The notes under the pieces are model-generated. The model was not told where the DNA came from. It saw only the letters and a list, made by a program, of their open reading frames with translations, and ran no database searches. 64,000 bases of DNA from Lama guanicoe (taxonomy: Eukaryota), in assembly GCA_013239625.1 (NCBI GenBank), contig MU056303.1, positions 6,504,049-6,568,048 on the forward strand, in the 5' to 3' direction. Both the position numbers and the translations under genes were made by a program. This document shows positions 34,601 through 49,600 of the stretch, piece by piece (position 1 is the first letter of the stretch; each line of letters opens with the position of its first letter).

Positions 34601-37600
34601 CCGCCCAAGGGACTGAACGCACAGGACTGTCTTTCAGGAAAACCAGAAGCGGCCAGGAAGCGCCACACTCCAAGCCCAAGCCTGCCATTGCCTGGCCTCA
34701 CGGCTGGAGAGGGGAGGGGATCCCACAGCCGGTCACCCCGGCTGTGGGCAGAGGCACAGTGGTGCAGGGGCAGTGGATGGGGATTCTGAGCCTCCAGTTT
34801 GCCCCCCACGACTACTGGGCAGGACGGGGAGTCTGGTTGGCCGGCTGCCTTCCAGGGCTGCGGGGAGCGCCAAGGGGCTGTCTCGGCCCCGACCCCGCTG
34901 CCAGTGGCCGCCGGCCTGGCACCTACCTGGGGATGGCCCAGTCCTGGACGTGCTGCTTGAAGCGGCACTCGTAGGTGAAGATCTGGTGGCTCAGGTTGCA
35001 GCTCTCCCTCTTCCCGGTGAACAGGAGCCAGAAGAAAAAGCGATTGATCCAGCCCACGAGGCCCGGCAGGAAGGTGCTGGAGGGCAGGGCAGAGGGGCTG
35101 TCACCCAGCAGTGAGGGAGGGCGGCCGGGTGCTGGGCTGAGCCCTTTGCAAACCGGGGCCTCATTCCCTACGTGCTTGGCCGTGGACGCGCACCCACGGC
35201 TGGGGAGTCCCTCGCAGAATCGAGCCGCGCCCTGAACGGCTCTCCGCAGAGGCGCGGCGGCCCGCTGATGGATTTTACCCCACATCCCATCCCACTCTCC
35301 GCCTTTAATGGCCGGGCTGTTTTCAGTGTCTGGATCGTCTTCGTAATTGTGATCTTAAAAACTCCATGTAACATAAAAATTACCATCTTAACCATTTTTA
35401 AGTACAGCTTGGTAGTGTTAAACATATTCACATCATTGTGCAGTGGCTCTCCAGAATCTTGCAAAAATGAAACTCTGTCCCCACTGAACAACAATTCCCC
35501 ACTTTGCCCTACCTCCAGCCCCTGGCAAGCACCATTCTACTTTCTGTCTCTATGGATTTGAGTCCTTGAGGAACCTCGTGTAAGTGGAATCACACAATAT
35601 TTGTCCTTTTATGCGTCTGGCTTATTTCACTTAGCACAGCGTTTTTAAAATTCGTCTACATTGTAGCTTGTGTCAGAATCTCCTTCCTTTTGAAGGCTGA
35701 CTAATATTCCATGGTATGAATAAATTCCACTGTGCTTATCCATTCATCCTTTGGACACTTAGGTGGCTTCTACATTTTGGCTGTTGTAAATAAGGCTGCT
35801 GTGAACACGAGTGTGCAAATATCTCTTTGAAACCGTGCTTTCAATTCTTTCTTTTATAGACTCAGGAGTGGAATTGCTGGGTCATGTGGAAATTCTATTC
35901 TTAACTTTTTGAGAAACCGCCATACTGTTCTCCACAGTGGCTGCAGAATTTTACCTTTCCACCCACAGTGCACAGTAATCCAGTTTTTCTACATCCTGAC
36001 CAGTACTTGTTGTTTGCAGTTTTGTATCCCCCACATGCCACACTATAAATGTCCTTGTACTTATATCCTTTTGGGGGGACAAGGGCAGGTAGAGTTTTAA
36101 TTTCAGCAGGTGGCTTCCAGGTACATTTATATAAGGAGTGTGGTCATTCACCCTCCTTCCACACCTGGCCGTCCTGGGAAAGCTCATTGTAGGTGGCCAG
36201 TGGGGAGCAGTGTCCTAGCATGGGATCTCGCTTCATGGATTCTTGTCTTTGGAAATGAGCTACCCAAAGAATTGCAAAGGGAGGGCTGTGTGCTTGGGCC
36301 TGGCGCTGGGCTCTGCTCCTGAGGGATCCTGGGATCTCCGTCCTGCTCAGTCATGGCCACCTCCATCACCTCTGCAGTCGACTGCTGGTGAACACCTCCA
36401 GGGCTATGTCCAAGCTTTTCATTTAGCACCTCTTACACCAATACCACGAGCCTCCTCTACATGCCAGGCATTGTTTGGGGCTCTGAAGGTTGAGAGTAAC
36501 AGGACAGGCAGGGTCCCTGCCCTCACAGGGGTACAGTGAGTCTTACCACAAAGCAGCCATCAAGTCACCAGTCACCCAACCCATGGTTTAGTTTTCATTC
36601 CTGTACCCTCGGGCTCACTGCTGGGCAAGTGGCCCAGAGCTGCAGGGATGAGGCTGGGATGAGGGATGCAGTTTCCGGGAGCCCCTGAGCTGGAGCCCCG
36701 TGGGCTGGGCTCAGCGACCGTGGGGCTCCCTCGGAGCATCCGTTCGGCTGGGATGCGGCAGCTGTGATTTAGGGTCCAATGTATTTGGATGCTCACTGGG
36801 CTCAGACTCCACAGACACACACACAAAGCTGCCGGGCTGCTATTATGGCAGCTGGAGAGAAGCCTGCCTGGGCATTTCCCATCCTCACCCCCGACCCATA
36901 ATCTGATAGAGTGATGGCCTTTAATAAGACATCAAAGTCCCAAAGATAAAAGACTAGACGGACACATCTGACTATGAAATTAAATACGTCTCCACACCAT
37001 AAAACACCATAGAAATGAAAGGCGAGACACCAACAGGGAGAAGACGATGCAACACACACAACAAGCAAAGGACTAGTGCTCAAAATACATACAAAAAACC
37101 CCTACAAAACACTAAGAAAAAAGCCAGTTTTAAAAGGGGAAAAAAAACCCAATTTTTAAAAGGGGCAAAATACATAAACAGGCACTTCACAGAAGAGAAA
37201 TCTGACAGATCAGTAAACTGAAAAGCTGCGTGACCCTATTAATAACCAGGGAAACGAGAATTGAAAACTATAATGAGACACTATCGATCACACAAACATT
37301 GAAAAGCCTCACAGTTGCGATCTCAGCCAGCTTGTGGAGCTTAATGGTGGTTGGCAGTGAACTTGGTGTAACTACTGAGGAGAACAGTTTGATCTGATTA
37401 AACTAAAGAAGCTCCTACTTGGTGACCCAGGAATCCCACTCATGAATATATACTCAGGACACCCAGAGCAATGCTCCAGAATGCTCACAGCAATGTTGTT
37501 TGTAACGGGAAAAAAAAAATTCCTGGAAACAACCCAGATTTCCACGGACGAGAGCGTGGAGGTATCCATCGTGGTAACCACACACAGTGGAAAACGATTC

Positions 37601-40600
37601 ATCACAGCTCTCGATATCAACATGGATAAATATCACTGTCAGAGCTGAATTATCAAATTTCTTAATTCAGAACTCAGAAAACTATAGTACAAATAAAACC
37701 AAGAGAATGATAAGCATAGAAGTTGGGACGGTGCTTACGTCTCGGGGCAGGTGCTGTGAGCGGGCGTCTACAAAGAGGACTGCAGTGGAACTTGTTTCAT
37801 TTCTTACAAGGCTGGTAACTACATGGTGCTTATTACATTATTCTTTATATACTTTAAATATAAGCTGCCTATATTGTTTTGTATATAAGACATAGTTCAA
37901 AATTTTTATATGATGTCACTCCATGGCTTGGCTGGAAACAAAGTCACCATCGAGATCCCAAGAAACCTTCCCCATCACTCAGAGTCACACGTTTGGTGGC
38001 AGGGATGGAGCCTGAGCAGGAGCCCAGACTTGAGGCTGGGGAGGGGAAATGGGAAACACGGAGATGTGTATCACCTGTGAGCCAAGGAGTGGGGCCTGGG
38101 CATTCGTATTGTTTTTAAAAAAAGCTTCCCAGGTGACTCGACCGTGCAGGCAGCGGGGAAAACCACTGCTCTGGACCCAGGAGACAGACCCAGCGTGCAC
38201 ATGTAATGGTCAGCCGTGGTTCTGATGGGCACGTCCTCCGCAGGGCGTGGCCGACGCTGGGGAAAGACACAGGTGCATTCCTACCTGATCCAGAGCAGGA
38301 ACTCCAGTAAATAGAATCCAATAGCATAATCCCAGAACCAGCTGGCTGCAGAGGAGGGAGGCTGGGAAGCAGAATCTGGGATCAGTTTAGGGCCAGAGCT
38401 GAGTGTCCCCTCAGAGGGAGATGTGTCCCGGGAGTGGCTGTGTGTGTCAGCGGGGAGGGGCGAGCCACCCTCCAGGACGATCGAAGCCTCACTTCTTGGC
38501 GGCGCAGCTGATTCCCGTGCCCTCTCCCCTTTTGTTTCATGCTTATGTGTGTACTTTTGCATGTATGTATTTTGCAAAGATAAAGACGTGCATATGTCCC
38601 TCCTCTTTAGAATTCATGAGCCGGGTGTCCGGCAGTCACTGCCATTACCCCGGGACACACAGTAGGTGTCATGGCCTTTGCTTGACTTGTCTGATCAACA
38701 TCCATCCTAAGTGATGGCTTGGTTTTCTTCCGCTGAGAAGCAGCCTGCTCACTAAGGACACGGGTCAGCGGAGACAAAATTATGGGTTTCTCCACCTGCG
38801 CAGCTCGGGGTGGAAAAGGTGGGGGTGCTGCAGGGAGGGTGGGATGTATCAGATGGCCTCTGAGGTCCAGCCCAGCTGCTAGGACTCCATCCTCTGCTGT
38901 CCTGCCCACTCCTCTGTCCTCTGCTTCCTCCCCCACATCCAGGCTGTCCCACAACACACTGGACCCTTACTGGGCCCCCCTTCCTTCCTCCTCCCACCCT
39001 CTGGCCTTTGGGCTTCTCTCCTGATGCTCAGTGATGCTCGGGCTTGCTTTTCCTCTCACCTCTCACTGACCAGCAGCACGATAACTGGTGTCACCACCCT
39101 GGGAGCAGGGAGTGGGGGGACGGGGAAGGGCCCCGCGGCTACCTTGTTGGTGTGGTCCTGGTAGATGACGCTGACGTTTTCACTGTGCGGGAACCAGAGG
39201 AAGCGGAAGTACTCGGATTTCTTCAGGTGACTGTCCAGGTTGTCCAGGACCTGCCCTCGGCAGGAGGAAGGAGGAGACACCGTGTTGGTCCCAGGATGAT
39301 AATGGGGGTGAGGGGGTGGTCCTGGAGGTCAGGGCCCTGTGGTGCCTCCGTTTCTCCCCATCAAAAGACAAATAAAATGCCTAAAATTGTCCGAACACTG
39401 CCAAATAGCATGGAATGTGTCTTATAATAGGCTGGACATTAAAACAGTCCACTTACAGGCTGACTTCCCTGAGTAACTTGGTGGAAAAAAATAATTTCTT
39501 CTTTGTCCTGACTTGAACAATTACTAGCTACATAAGTTTGGGCAAGTGCCTCAGTTTACCCCTCTGTAAAATGGGGTTAATAACAGTACCTATGTCAAGA
39601 CTGTTACGAAGATTAAATGCACTGAATGCATAGAAAGTGCTCAATATGGGGTCATGAGCATGGGAAGCCCTGTACAGGGGTAAGCGGCTGATACCACTAT
39701 TACCCTTATATTGTCATTGTTGTCCCTGCAATGCCTGACACGTCAAAGGTCTTTAATAAAATGAACAAGAGAATCCTGCTCTCATGCGGCTGTCATTGCC
39801 CACGTGCAGATAACATCACAGAGCCAATCACGTCTCCCTGACATCCATCCAACTGATCCCGGACAAGTTCTGAGCCAAAGCACAGGCAGATTAGCGGTTT
39901 GACAGGCAGCTGGCAGGTGGAGGAGGAGCGCTGGTCTCAGAGTTAAGTTCTGGATTCAAGTCCTGGTTCTGCAACTTAGGGGCTGCATGACCCAGGAGGA
40001 GCCGTGTCCCCTGAGCCTTGGGTTTCCCATCACTATCACGTGAGCACTAGTGCAGATGAAGTGAGATCATCTGTGTGGAAGCTCCTAAGTCGAGGGCCTG
40101 CCTCGTGGCATGGGCCCCATGGACAGTTCTGGTTCTGAATCTGAGCAGTGCGAGTGCACGTCTAGGGCGCCAGGCCTACTACTCCCTGAGTTCCCAGCTG
40201 TGACCCTGAGGCTCGGCAAGGTTAAGTGACTGGCTCAAGTTCACAGCTTGGAAGTGGTTCTGCCAGCATTCAAGGCCAGATGATTTGATCCCAAATCCCA
40301 CCATAACCATGTGGGATCAGCAGTGCTCACATCAATGCCAACCCCATCTTGTATTGAGTGTCGTAAGGTGGCTATGGAGGAACTCCAACGCCAAGGAGCT
40401 TGGAACCATAGATTTGAGTCTTACAGCTTAGAGATTACAAGGGATAGATCCGGGCTTGCCAGGCATTTCAGCCAGCCAGCCATTCATCCATCCATCTCAC
40501 TCATTCATCCATCATTCATCCTTGCACCCATTCATCCACCCATCCAGTCACCCGTCATCCATCCATGCATGTATTCACCCATTCATCCATCATCCATCCA

Positions 40601-43600
40601 TTCTTGTACCTACCCATCCATCCATCCATGCATCCATCCATCCATCTGTCTGTCCATCCATTCATTCAGCTAACCAGCTTGGGTTTTCATTCATTCAAAA
40701 AACATTCTATCAGTCAGAAGCTATCCTTTCTGCTCCCCATCATCCAGTCCCTCTGAGCTCCACTGACCTACTTACAAAGGAATACTAGGACCAGGAAGGG
40801 CTGGTGAGGTCAGCGCACTCCCCCATTCAGGGGGCCTGCAGACCATGGGGCTCTCAGTGGAGCTTGACCCTTGTTCATGTCCTCCATTTATTTTCAGAGG
40901 TTGACCGGTGGCGAACAAGAGACAGTACCTCTCTCAAGGTTGAGGGGAAGGAGGTCTCCTGCAAGTGGAACTGGGGCACACACTGCAGGGTGACGGTGAG
41001 GATGACTCCAAGGCAGCCCAGGTGCACCCGTGCAGCCTGGAAAACGTCTGCATTGCTGGCCTCAGAGCACTGGAGAACCGTCCCGTCGGCCGTCAGCAGG
41101 GTCAGCGCCACCACCTGGCAGTGAAGAGAGCCAGACTCAGAACCCCGGCAGGCACTATCCGTAGCCTTTGGGGGAAGCCCCACTCCCCTGTTTGTCCTTG
41201 AAAGTGAGGCCAGGTGTCTCCTATTCCCAGAAGACCACCATCTGGTCACAGGGGACTTCCCCACCTGGGTCTACAGTCACAGCCTGAGGGAGCCTCAGTC
41301 TTGAGGAGGGAGAAAGGGGCTCTGGGGAAAGAGGGCGGGGTGTCTGGGCATCATCAGCCCTCAGCAGGGAGGGGCCCATCCACTGCCTGCGGTTCCACGG
41401 AGCCCCGGTGGCTCATCTTCCTGCCGCTGCTTTGTTCCTAGTGTGGATTTCACTGTCTGGATGCAGCGAGCTTGTCCTCTGCCCGGAAGAGGTCTGAGAT
41501 CAGACATGCTCCAAAGAGCCGCGAGGCCCTGGGTGGAGGCGCTGCGTGAAGGCAGAGGGAGGATGTGTGCATCTGGGGGAGAGCCGGCCCCACTGTCCCA
41601 ACGCACAGGTGGAGGGGGCCAGGGTCCCCTGGGAGCTCTCTCCACCTGTTTCCCCCCACTGCACCATCTCAGCCAAGCTGAGCCCATCTTCTCCTTCGGG
41701 ACCCACCCGCCTCATGTACTGGATTCTCCTGCTTGGCCACCCAGCAACCAGAAATCTCTAGTCTCTGCAAAGGATGCCTGCTTGGAGACAGGTGAGGAAC
41801 TTCAGTATCCTGGCCCTTGTTCCCCATTGCCAGAAGCGTCCTCTTTCATTGCCTGTTTGAGTACCTCTCCACACCCTGCTACCTGCTGATTTGGATGGAA
41901 ATTGCTTTTGACATGTGTAGTCAGTGGCTGGCTGCTCAGGGTGAGAGAACAGATAAAGCTAAACTAATTCTGATTAACAGGGACTAAGACCAGAGAGGAA
42001 AAACTGGCAGAAATGGGGCATGGTGGCCCTTCGTGGGAGCGAGGGCGTCAGAACGATTTTTATAAAAACCAGACTTGGTCTGGGATCCGGAGCAGAGCAC
42101 GCAAGCTGGCCAGTGAAACACTCCAACAATAAAGCGGGGCCCTGATTCATGAGCTGTGTGACCTTGGGTATGTGACTTAACCCCTCTGTTTCCTCATCTG
42201 TGAAAGGACGAGAATATCTTAGAGAGAGTATGGAAGCCCCCGGCTAGGCACCTGGTGCACAGTAGATATTACACATGTCATGGGGGCAAGGGTAGCTCAG
42301 TGGTAGAGCGCATGCTCAGCATGCACAAGGTCCTGGGTTCAATCCCCAGCACCTCCCGTAAAAATAAATAAACCGAATTACCTACTCCCGAACCCTAAAA
42401 ATAAAATAATTAAATAATACAAAAAGAAAAAAAGAAGAAAAAGATGTCGGTCTCCCCCCATGCTCCCTGCCATGGGCATAACATGCAAAATTAAACAGCG
42501 CAGATCTCCCACTGCTTGCAGGGGCTGGTCCAGCTCAGATGGGCTTCCTAAGAGAAGTGGCCAGTAAATCTCATACACATTTTGATTTGTGACCACTCTT
42601 TTGACCATTCTTTCCCATACCCTGATTATCATTTTGGAGAATCTGAGGCAACCAGCTTGACCTCACCCCCTCAGTAGAAGCCTAGGACTGTGGCCAGATC
42701 TTGTGGGTGGCTAAGTTTATGGCCTTTCGCCCCCAGTTAGCACTGGGCTCTCTTGGGCAGTAAGTCCCGCTTCGAAAGGGTAATGCCAGGACGATGGGGG
42801 CTCCAGGTACCTGGGAATCAGGTCGCACAGAACCTACCACCTTCGCTGCAACAGCTCTTACCTACGGGAGGGGCGCGGTGTCCTCAATCTCCCCCTCCCC
42901 TGAATCACTGCATCTCCTCAGGGTGCCCCTCCCCTGCTCGGTGACTCTCGGAGGATTTTGTGGTTGAGAGAGGGAGGGGGAAAGGACAGGGGCCGCCCAC
43001 GTGAGTGCCTGAGGCTGTGAGGAAGCGGAGTGCAGATTTAAGGAACAGTAATTGAAGTAGACTTCTCCTGGTGTGCGTGTGAGAAAACAAAGTGAATCCT
43101 TAGACACTGCGACTGGCTGTTTTCTTTTGATCCCAGCGCTGCTCTGAGCTGGAGAACAGGGGACCCAGGTCTCAGAAGCCACATTCAGACAGCGCTGGCT
43201 GGGGTGTCTGTCTTCCTCAGAACTGAATGTTGGGGAGCCCTGTTCTAGGGACACGTAAGTCATCAGTGTGGTCAGCCCCCCAGCAATGCGGAAACTTCTC
43301 GGACAGCACAGAGTGCACAGAGTGTGGGCTCTGGAAAGGGCCTGTCTTAGACACAAAACCCACCACAGACATTTATTGAGCACTAACTGTGTGCATTCGT
43401 CCAAGCACCCCACATGCACTGCTGTTGCGATCATCTCCATCCTCCAGGGAAGCGCACGGAGGCAGCCAGAGGCAAAGAGACCTGCCCCCTCCCTGTCACA
43501 GAGACAACAGGGGGAGCGCTGGGATGCAAAATCAAGCCCGAGACTCAGCTGGGAGGCCACATGGTTCCCAGTGTAGATGAACTTTTGCAGGGGAAACACG

Positions 43601-46600
43601 TGGCAAGCTACGGCGCGCTGACCCAGCATGGGGGTCTCTCCCCACTGAGGGCGAGCGGCCGGCCTCATTGGGCACACCCCAGCAGCCTGCTCCCGGCGCC
43701 ACAGCCTGGCCCATTAGAAGCCCCCCCCACCACTGAGTCAAAGGAGTTGGCCCTCCAGAGGGTGGCTCCTGACGCAGGTGTCATGAACTGTCCTCGGGCC
43801 CCCAGGCATTTAACACACGCTGTCTCGTTGACCCCTCCTGAGTCAAAAGGTCTTCTCACCAGGTGACAGCTGGATACAGGGATGTCCAGATGAGGTAAAC
43901 AAACCACCCACCTGCGTACACCCAGTGCATGCCGGAGACAGGTTTGGGGCCCAGGTCCGAGTCCAAAATCTGTGCCCCAAACTGGAGTCAAGTGAAGTTT
44001 AAGAAACACTTCTCGGTGAAGGTCAGGTGTGGATCCTAGGCCCACATGTGCTGGGATCCTTCCTGGCCCCTCCCTGACTTGCTAATGTCGGAAGGCCCCT
44101 CGCCCAATGGAGATGGAACCCTTTGCTCTACTTGTCCTTTTCTACAGGGTGGCCAGGAGGCTCCTGAGAGGTGGGGGTGCATCAATGTGCACAAGGGCCC
44201 CTTCATCACTTGTGTCTTTTGGGGGTGGATGAGGTTTCGAGAAGACCATGTTCCTGGAGGGCACCTGCCAAGTCAGAGGGGAGACCTGGGCTGTGTTTGA
44301 GGCCCCCAAGGAGCTGTACCAACACTGCCCAAAGAGTGCCTGGTTGTCCCGGAGCCACAGTGAGGAGGGGCTCTGTCTGACCGCCCCCGTCCCCTCACTC
44401 AGTGGTGTGCCAGGAAGCAGGTGGACTCACCTGGGTGGCCAGGATGCCGTGCTTGATCCCCGTGTTGTGCGTTCCAGACCCGATGACGCCGCCAGCAGTC
44501 ACGTCTGACACGGCTCCCAGGCTGCGCATGGCAGGAGGGGGTTAGGGAGGGACATGGGGACCAGTTAGGCTTCCAGGGACAATGCCCCCCCTGCACCCAG
44601 GTTGTGGTGTGAGGCCCCTCAGAAAAGAAGAACTGATTCATCTCCTGCCTGCTATCTCATCCCAGTTTACCAGAGCCCGGAAAATGAAGGTGAACTGACT
44701 TACTGTGTGGGGCACCTTTGACTCATCCATGCCTCTGCGTGCCCCTATTTTAATACCCCCATTTTCTGGTTGAGAACTCTGAGGTTCAGATGGATCAAGG
44801 AACTTGACTAACAGCTGGAAAGAGGCAGGATCAGGATTTGCACCCGGGCCGCCTGCTTCAGGGGCTGGGGACCTTACCACGCCACTGTCCTGCCTCTTCG
44901 GAACGGCGCCTGTGTCCTGCCCGCTCTGGCTCACCACAGTGGGGCACTCCAGAGCTTTCCAGCTGCATGACCTCGGGAAGCCTCTTTGCCCCAGACGCTG
45001 CTTCTGTTCCTTCCTTCCAGGGCTGATGATTTGATGAGTGCGGGCTTCAAGCCCCCAGCATGCAGCCCAACACATCACAGCTCTGTGCTTCCCCCCAGCC
45101 CCAGCCACTCCTGAGGTCCCCACAGCATCCTTGGAGCTGCAGACCCAGGTGGCCCTGGAGATACACTGGACAGGCAGGCCATCCTAACTCCCTTTGAGAG
45201 GCAGATGAGCCCGTGCAGACAGCTACTTGGGGAGGACTGGGTCCACAGGGAAGACACAGACACTTCATGAACAGGGTACAGAGCTGCCCCAGGGCTCAGA
45301 AGCTAGGCCTGTAATGAGCAGAAACGCCGCCTCCTGTAGTTGTTGGTCGTGAACGGTGTCTCACTGTCTGCTCCTCGGCCCCAGCACGCCCCCCACACCT
45401 TCCCTCTCCTAGATTTTGGCTCATGCTGCTCCATCTGCCTGAATCTCTTCTCTCCTCTCCTTTTTCTGGTTCACACTTAGTCAGATTTTAACCCCGGGGC
45501 CCCTCCTGCGGGGAGCCTGCCCTGATTGCCATCCCCTCGCACACTCCCCTGCCTGCCAAGGCTGACCTGGGCCCCCTTAGAGCCCTGCGGTGCCCTGAAT
45601 ACTTGTCTGACGTTGACCCAACTGCTCTGCACCATGCTCGTCACTTCGTGGGTCCCTCTGCCCCCTTGCTGGGAGCTCCTTGTGAGCGGGTCTGGATTTC
45701 ATTCATTCTGGCCTTTTCTGGGCCTGAACAAAGCCTCCACATGGTAGACACTCCATAAATGTTTGAGTTGTCGTGACCCTTGGGAAGGCAGAAGCAGAAT
45801 GGTTTTTAGGTTGAAAATGTATAGTGATGCCTCAGGACCTGCAGTAAGAAAGCGGGGTGAATGGACCACCCACAGGCTTCTACTGTTGCAATTTCCAGCT
45901 GTGAAGAGATTGCTACCCCAATATCCAAAATACTTCTGTCACTTGTTTCTGATGATTGAAAACCCCACAGTTAGACATTCACTCCTTTGGCTATCTTTGG
46001 CTCCTATTTCAATGGAAAACCCTTGATAGTAAATTTGAGCATTCACCGATAGCATGTTTAGGTGGAGAGACAACTGAAGCCGCATATAGCCATGCCAGGA
46101 AGCCCTGTGTCTCAAACACCACGCTCTTCAGTTCCTCTGAGTGCTATTTTGCATATCCTTCTGTTTGGATCAATAGAGTTTTGTTGCAAGTTTTAAAAAG
46201 ACTTAATCCATGGTTTTCCTAGCCTTGTACAAGAATGTTTTTTAATGCTAGACTGCTTCTTTCTCTTCTCATACAATAGCTCCTGAATCCCTGGGGAATG
46301 GGGAGATAGGCACCATCTGGGGGAGGAACAGGGGTCCAGAGAAAGGAGGTGCACCCTGGGAAGTGCTCCTATCTGGCTCCTGCCAGATCCTTGAGTGTCC
46401 GGCTGAGGCCAGGGCAGGGAGCAGTGGCCATCACTGGCCCACCCAGGAATTGGGGGTAGGGTGGCTCTTACTTGGACAAGGCCAGGCCGTGCTTGTCCAG
46501 CTGTGGGTGCAGGTCAGCCAGGAGGATGCCGGCCTCTACAGTTACCTGCTTCTTCTCCATGTCCACCTGCAAAAGACCAGCACAAGCTGGGATGAGCTAG

Positions 46601-49600
46601 GCCCTCGCCTAACCCTCTTCCAACGGCCATGACCCCTGAGAAAACAAGAAAGTCTATCTCAGTCTGTGGCCAGCCTGGGCCTCCTCCCGCTGCAGGGGCT
46701 GTGGGCAGAGCCCTAGGGGCTTGGGAACACTCTGCGAAACCCTTCTTTTCACAGGGGAAGGAAATAAGGAGCAAGGGAGAGAAGGAATTTGCCCAAGGTC
46801 ACTGCAGGGCTGGCACTAACGCTCCCCACTAGACTAGGGGGGTTGCGGTTACTTCCAACTAAGGAGACGCTACTCCTATAGGGTCTTGACCCTGCAAACG
46901 GAGTTCACGTTCTCCACTTACTCTCCCCCCGGGGCGACTTGGGCAAAGACTGGGAACTGGAAGAGGAGGGGGGAGAGGTCCCATCTGTTAGGTTCCTGCC
47001 CTGTGGGAGAAGGATGTTCTGTCCTGAGATGCCCACTGCCACCCTGGGAGGGAGGAGCTGTCTCTCTCCATTTCACAGCGAGGAGACAGAACTCAGGGAC
47101 CTTAAGTCACTGGCCCAAGGTCACACAAACATCAGCGGTGACGGAACTGAGATGAGAATCCACATCTGTGTGACTCCAACGCACAGGCTCATTCCGCTGA
47201 CCCCGAGCACAGAGCCCGACCAAATCAATTGCTGGAGCCCATTCTCACTAATTAGCGATCAGAGTTAATTACCACCATGACTGATGTCTTGACCAGAACA
47301 TTTTCTACGAGGCGGAGACTGTCCGCCTGAGCAAATAAGGAATTCAATCGGAGGAAGAAACCCAGAGCCTCTGATAGGTGGAGGGGAAGGTACCTGGCAA
47401 AATTGCAGCTCACGGGAGCTAGCCCCATCAGGTGAGAACAGGAGCCCCCTAACCTGCAGCACACCTGTCCGGCGCTCTCTCGCCCTTGCAGGCACCCTGG
47501 TGTGGCTGAATTGCATAGACAGTGTCCCGGCCCAAGGCTGGGGTCAGACTTCTGGGTCTGCAGCCAGCTCGGCTGCTGATCAGCTGTGCGACCTTAGGCA
47601 AATCACTTCTCCCCTCTGATTTTCAGTGCCCCCATGTGTAAAACAAGTTAGATGCAAACCCTTCGGGATTTGTCATTGTGAGTCCACCTTTGGAGGTCTG
47701 TCTTGCCGTTCTTGCTCTAGAGAAGTGGGGAGGAGACTGGCCTGAGGGTGGGTGGACATCCTCCCCATGGCCACAAGGGGGCGCACAACCAAACAGAAGG
47801 CCTGAGCAAACCCAGGGAGGGTCCTGGGGGCGGGAGGCAGATCATCGGCTGGCCAGGAATTCAGGTGTCACTTTGGGACTCAGAGGCAGAGCGGGGATCA
47901 AGCCTGTGGAGAAAGGCTAAGAAGTTCCCACCGGAGTCTGAGATGGAGGCCGAGCCTGCGTGGCTTGGGGCCCAGCAGAGGCGGGGAGCCTTGGGTTCTG
48001 AGTACCTTGAGGACCCGGTTCATCTTGCCCATGTGGATCATGAAGCCATCCGTGCAGGCGATGTCCGAGGGTGAGTGGCCACCGCCCACCACCTTCACTC
48101 GCTTGTTCTGCTGCCTCGCCAGGGCCAGCACCTGCCGGGCAAGACCAGGGTCAGCCCCAGGCAGGCCTTCCTCTGTGAGGCAGCCGGGCTGCCCAGGCTC
48201 TGTGCAACCCCCACCCCCACCCGGCCTCCAAGCCCCTCCCTGGCTGGAGGCTGCCTGCCATGTAGACCACCCCAGATAAGAGCCAGAGAGAAGGGCCAGA
48301 AGCCAGGAGGGTGGAGAACACAGGAAATATCCTAAAGTGGATACTTTAGGATATTTCGCTCCCCGATGCAGCTGGAGACCCGGATTGTGTCCTTCTCCAG
48401 GGCAAAACCTTTCAGGGGCACCCAGGGCCTTCAGAATAAGGTCCAGGGTCCTCATGTCGGCCCCCGCCAGCCTCAGCTGCCTCCCAGGCTGAAATTAAGC
48501 CTCCCGGGGGCAGGGATGGTGGCTTAACTTGGGTTTGTACCCCTACATCCACCCCAGGCCCTGCACGAGTTAGCGCGCCCCCCACCCCGCCCCTGACAGT
48601 GACTGTGAATGAATAAATAAATTAATGCCCGATGGCACTTAAAGGAATCCCTTTCCTTTCACCCTCACGTCCCTTCACAAACACCCTCACATCTGGTCAT
48701 GGAACATGGGTCTTAGGATTTATACCACACGGGGTTCCAAGGCCAAGTAAGGCCGGGCAATGCTCCGTAGGGCTTGTCTCCCCTGCCCCATCCCCCATGC
48801 GTGAGGCATGCTTACAGCTATGGCTTCTACTACCGCAGAGACAGCTGTTTAATACCATCTTCCTCGCCCGCCCTTGACTACACAACTATTTTCATTTTCC
48901 CCTGACCCGACCAGCCCCCCAGGGAAACATGGGCCTGCAGTGGCCTCTTCCTGTTCCTAATTTACAACCGTGCCGGCCAGCAGGGATTAGGAATGGCCTT
49001 GGCACACAGGACGTCAGCCCGCCTCCATCTGCTTTCCCCAGCTCAGAAGGAAGCCTGCGTTCAAGGCCTCCCAGCCCTCCTCTTCCTCCCTCCCCTCCAT
49101 GCCTCCTCCCCGGCGGTCTGACGACTATCCAGGTGTCCTCCTCACCTCCTTTCGCTGGCACCACCCTTCCCCAGCTCCCTGTCGAGCTCCTGGGCCCGAC
49201 GACTCAATGACTGCGTTCTTTCATTCTCCAGAACGACAAGTTAGGGGCTTTGAATCTTGGTTTGAATCCCAGCTTTGACACTTAGTGATACGGGAAAATG
49301 ACAAAGCCTCTCTGAGCCTCTGCTCATCTGTAAAGTGGGGCTAAAAATCACTACCCCACAGGGGCTGTGGGGACGGATGAGGCCATAGATAGGAAGCAGG
49401 TGGTGCTGATCGCTTAGAGATGACGGTGTCATTCACTCTGCTCTCCTCCGAGTGCCTCCCAACACACACACCGCGCACGTACTGGCACACACGCACCCAC
49501 ACACTCAGAGTGAATTTCTCCCTCCCCTGTGCTCTGCTACTCTGTGAAACCACATCTGTTCCCCTGGATTTAGTCGTATGCAGCCTGTCTTAGGGGCGAG

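Noticed and set aside
34028-34789. 253-aa + strand ORF, and the similar 271-aa - strand ORF at 42862-43677
   Set aside because: GC-rich intronic sequence with few stop codons, low-complexity translation and no homology that I recognise.
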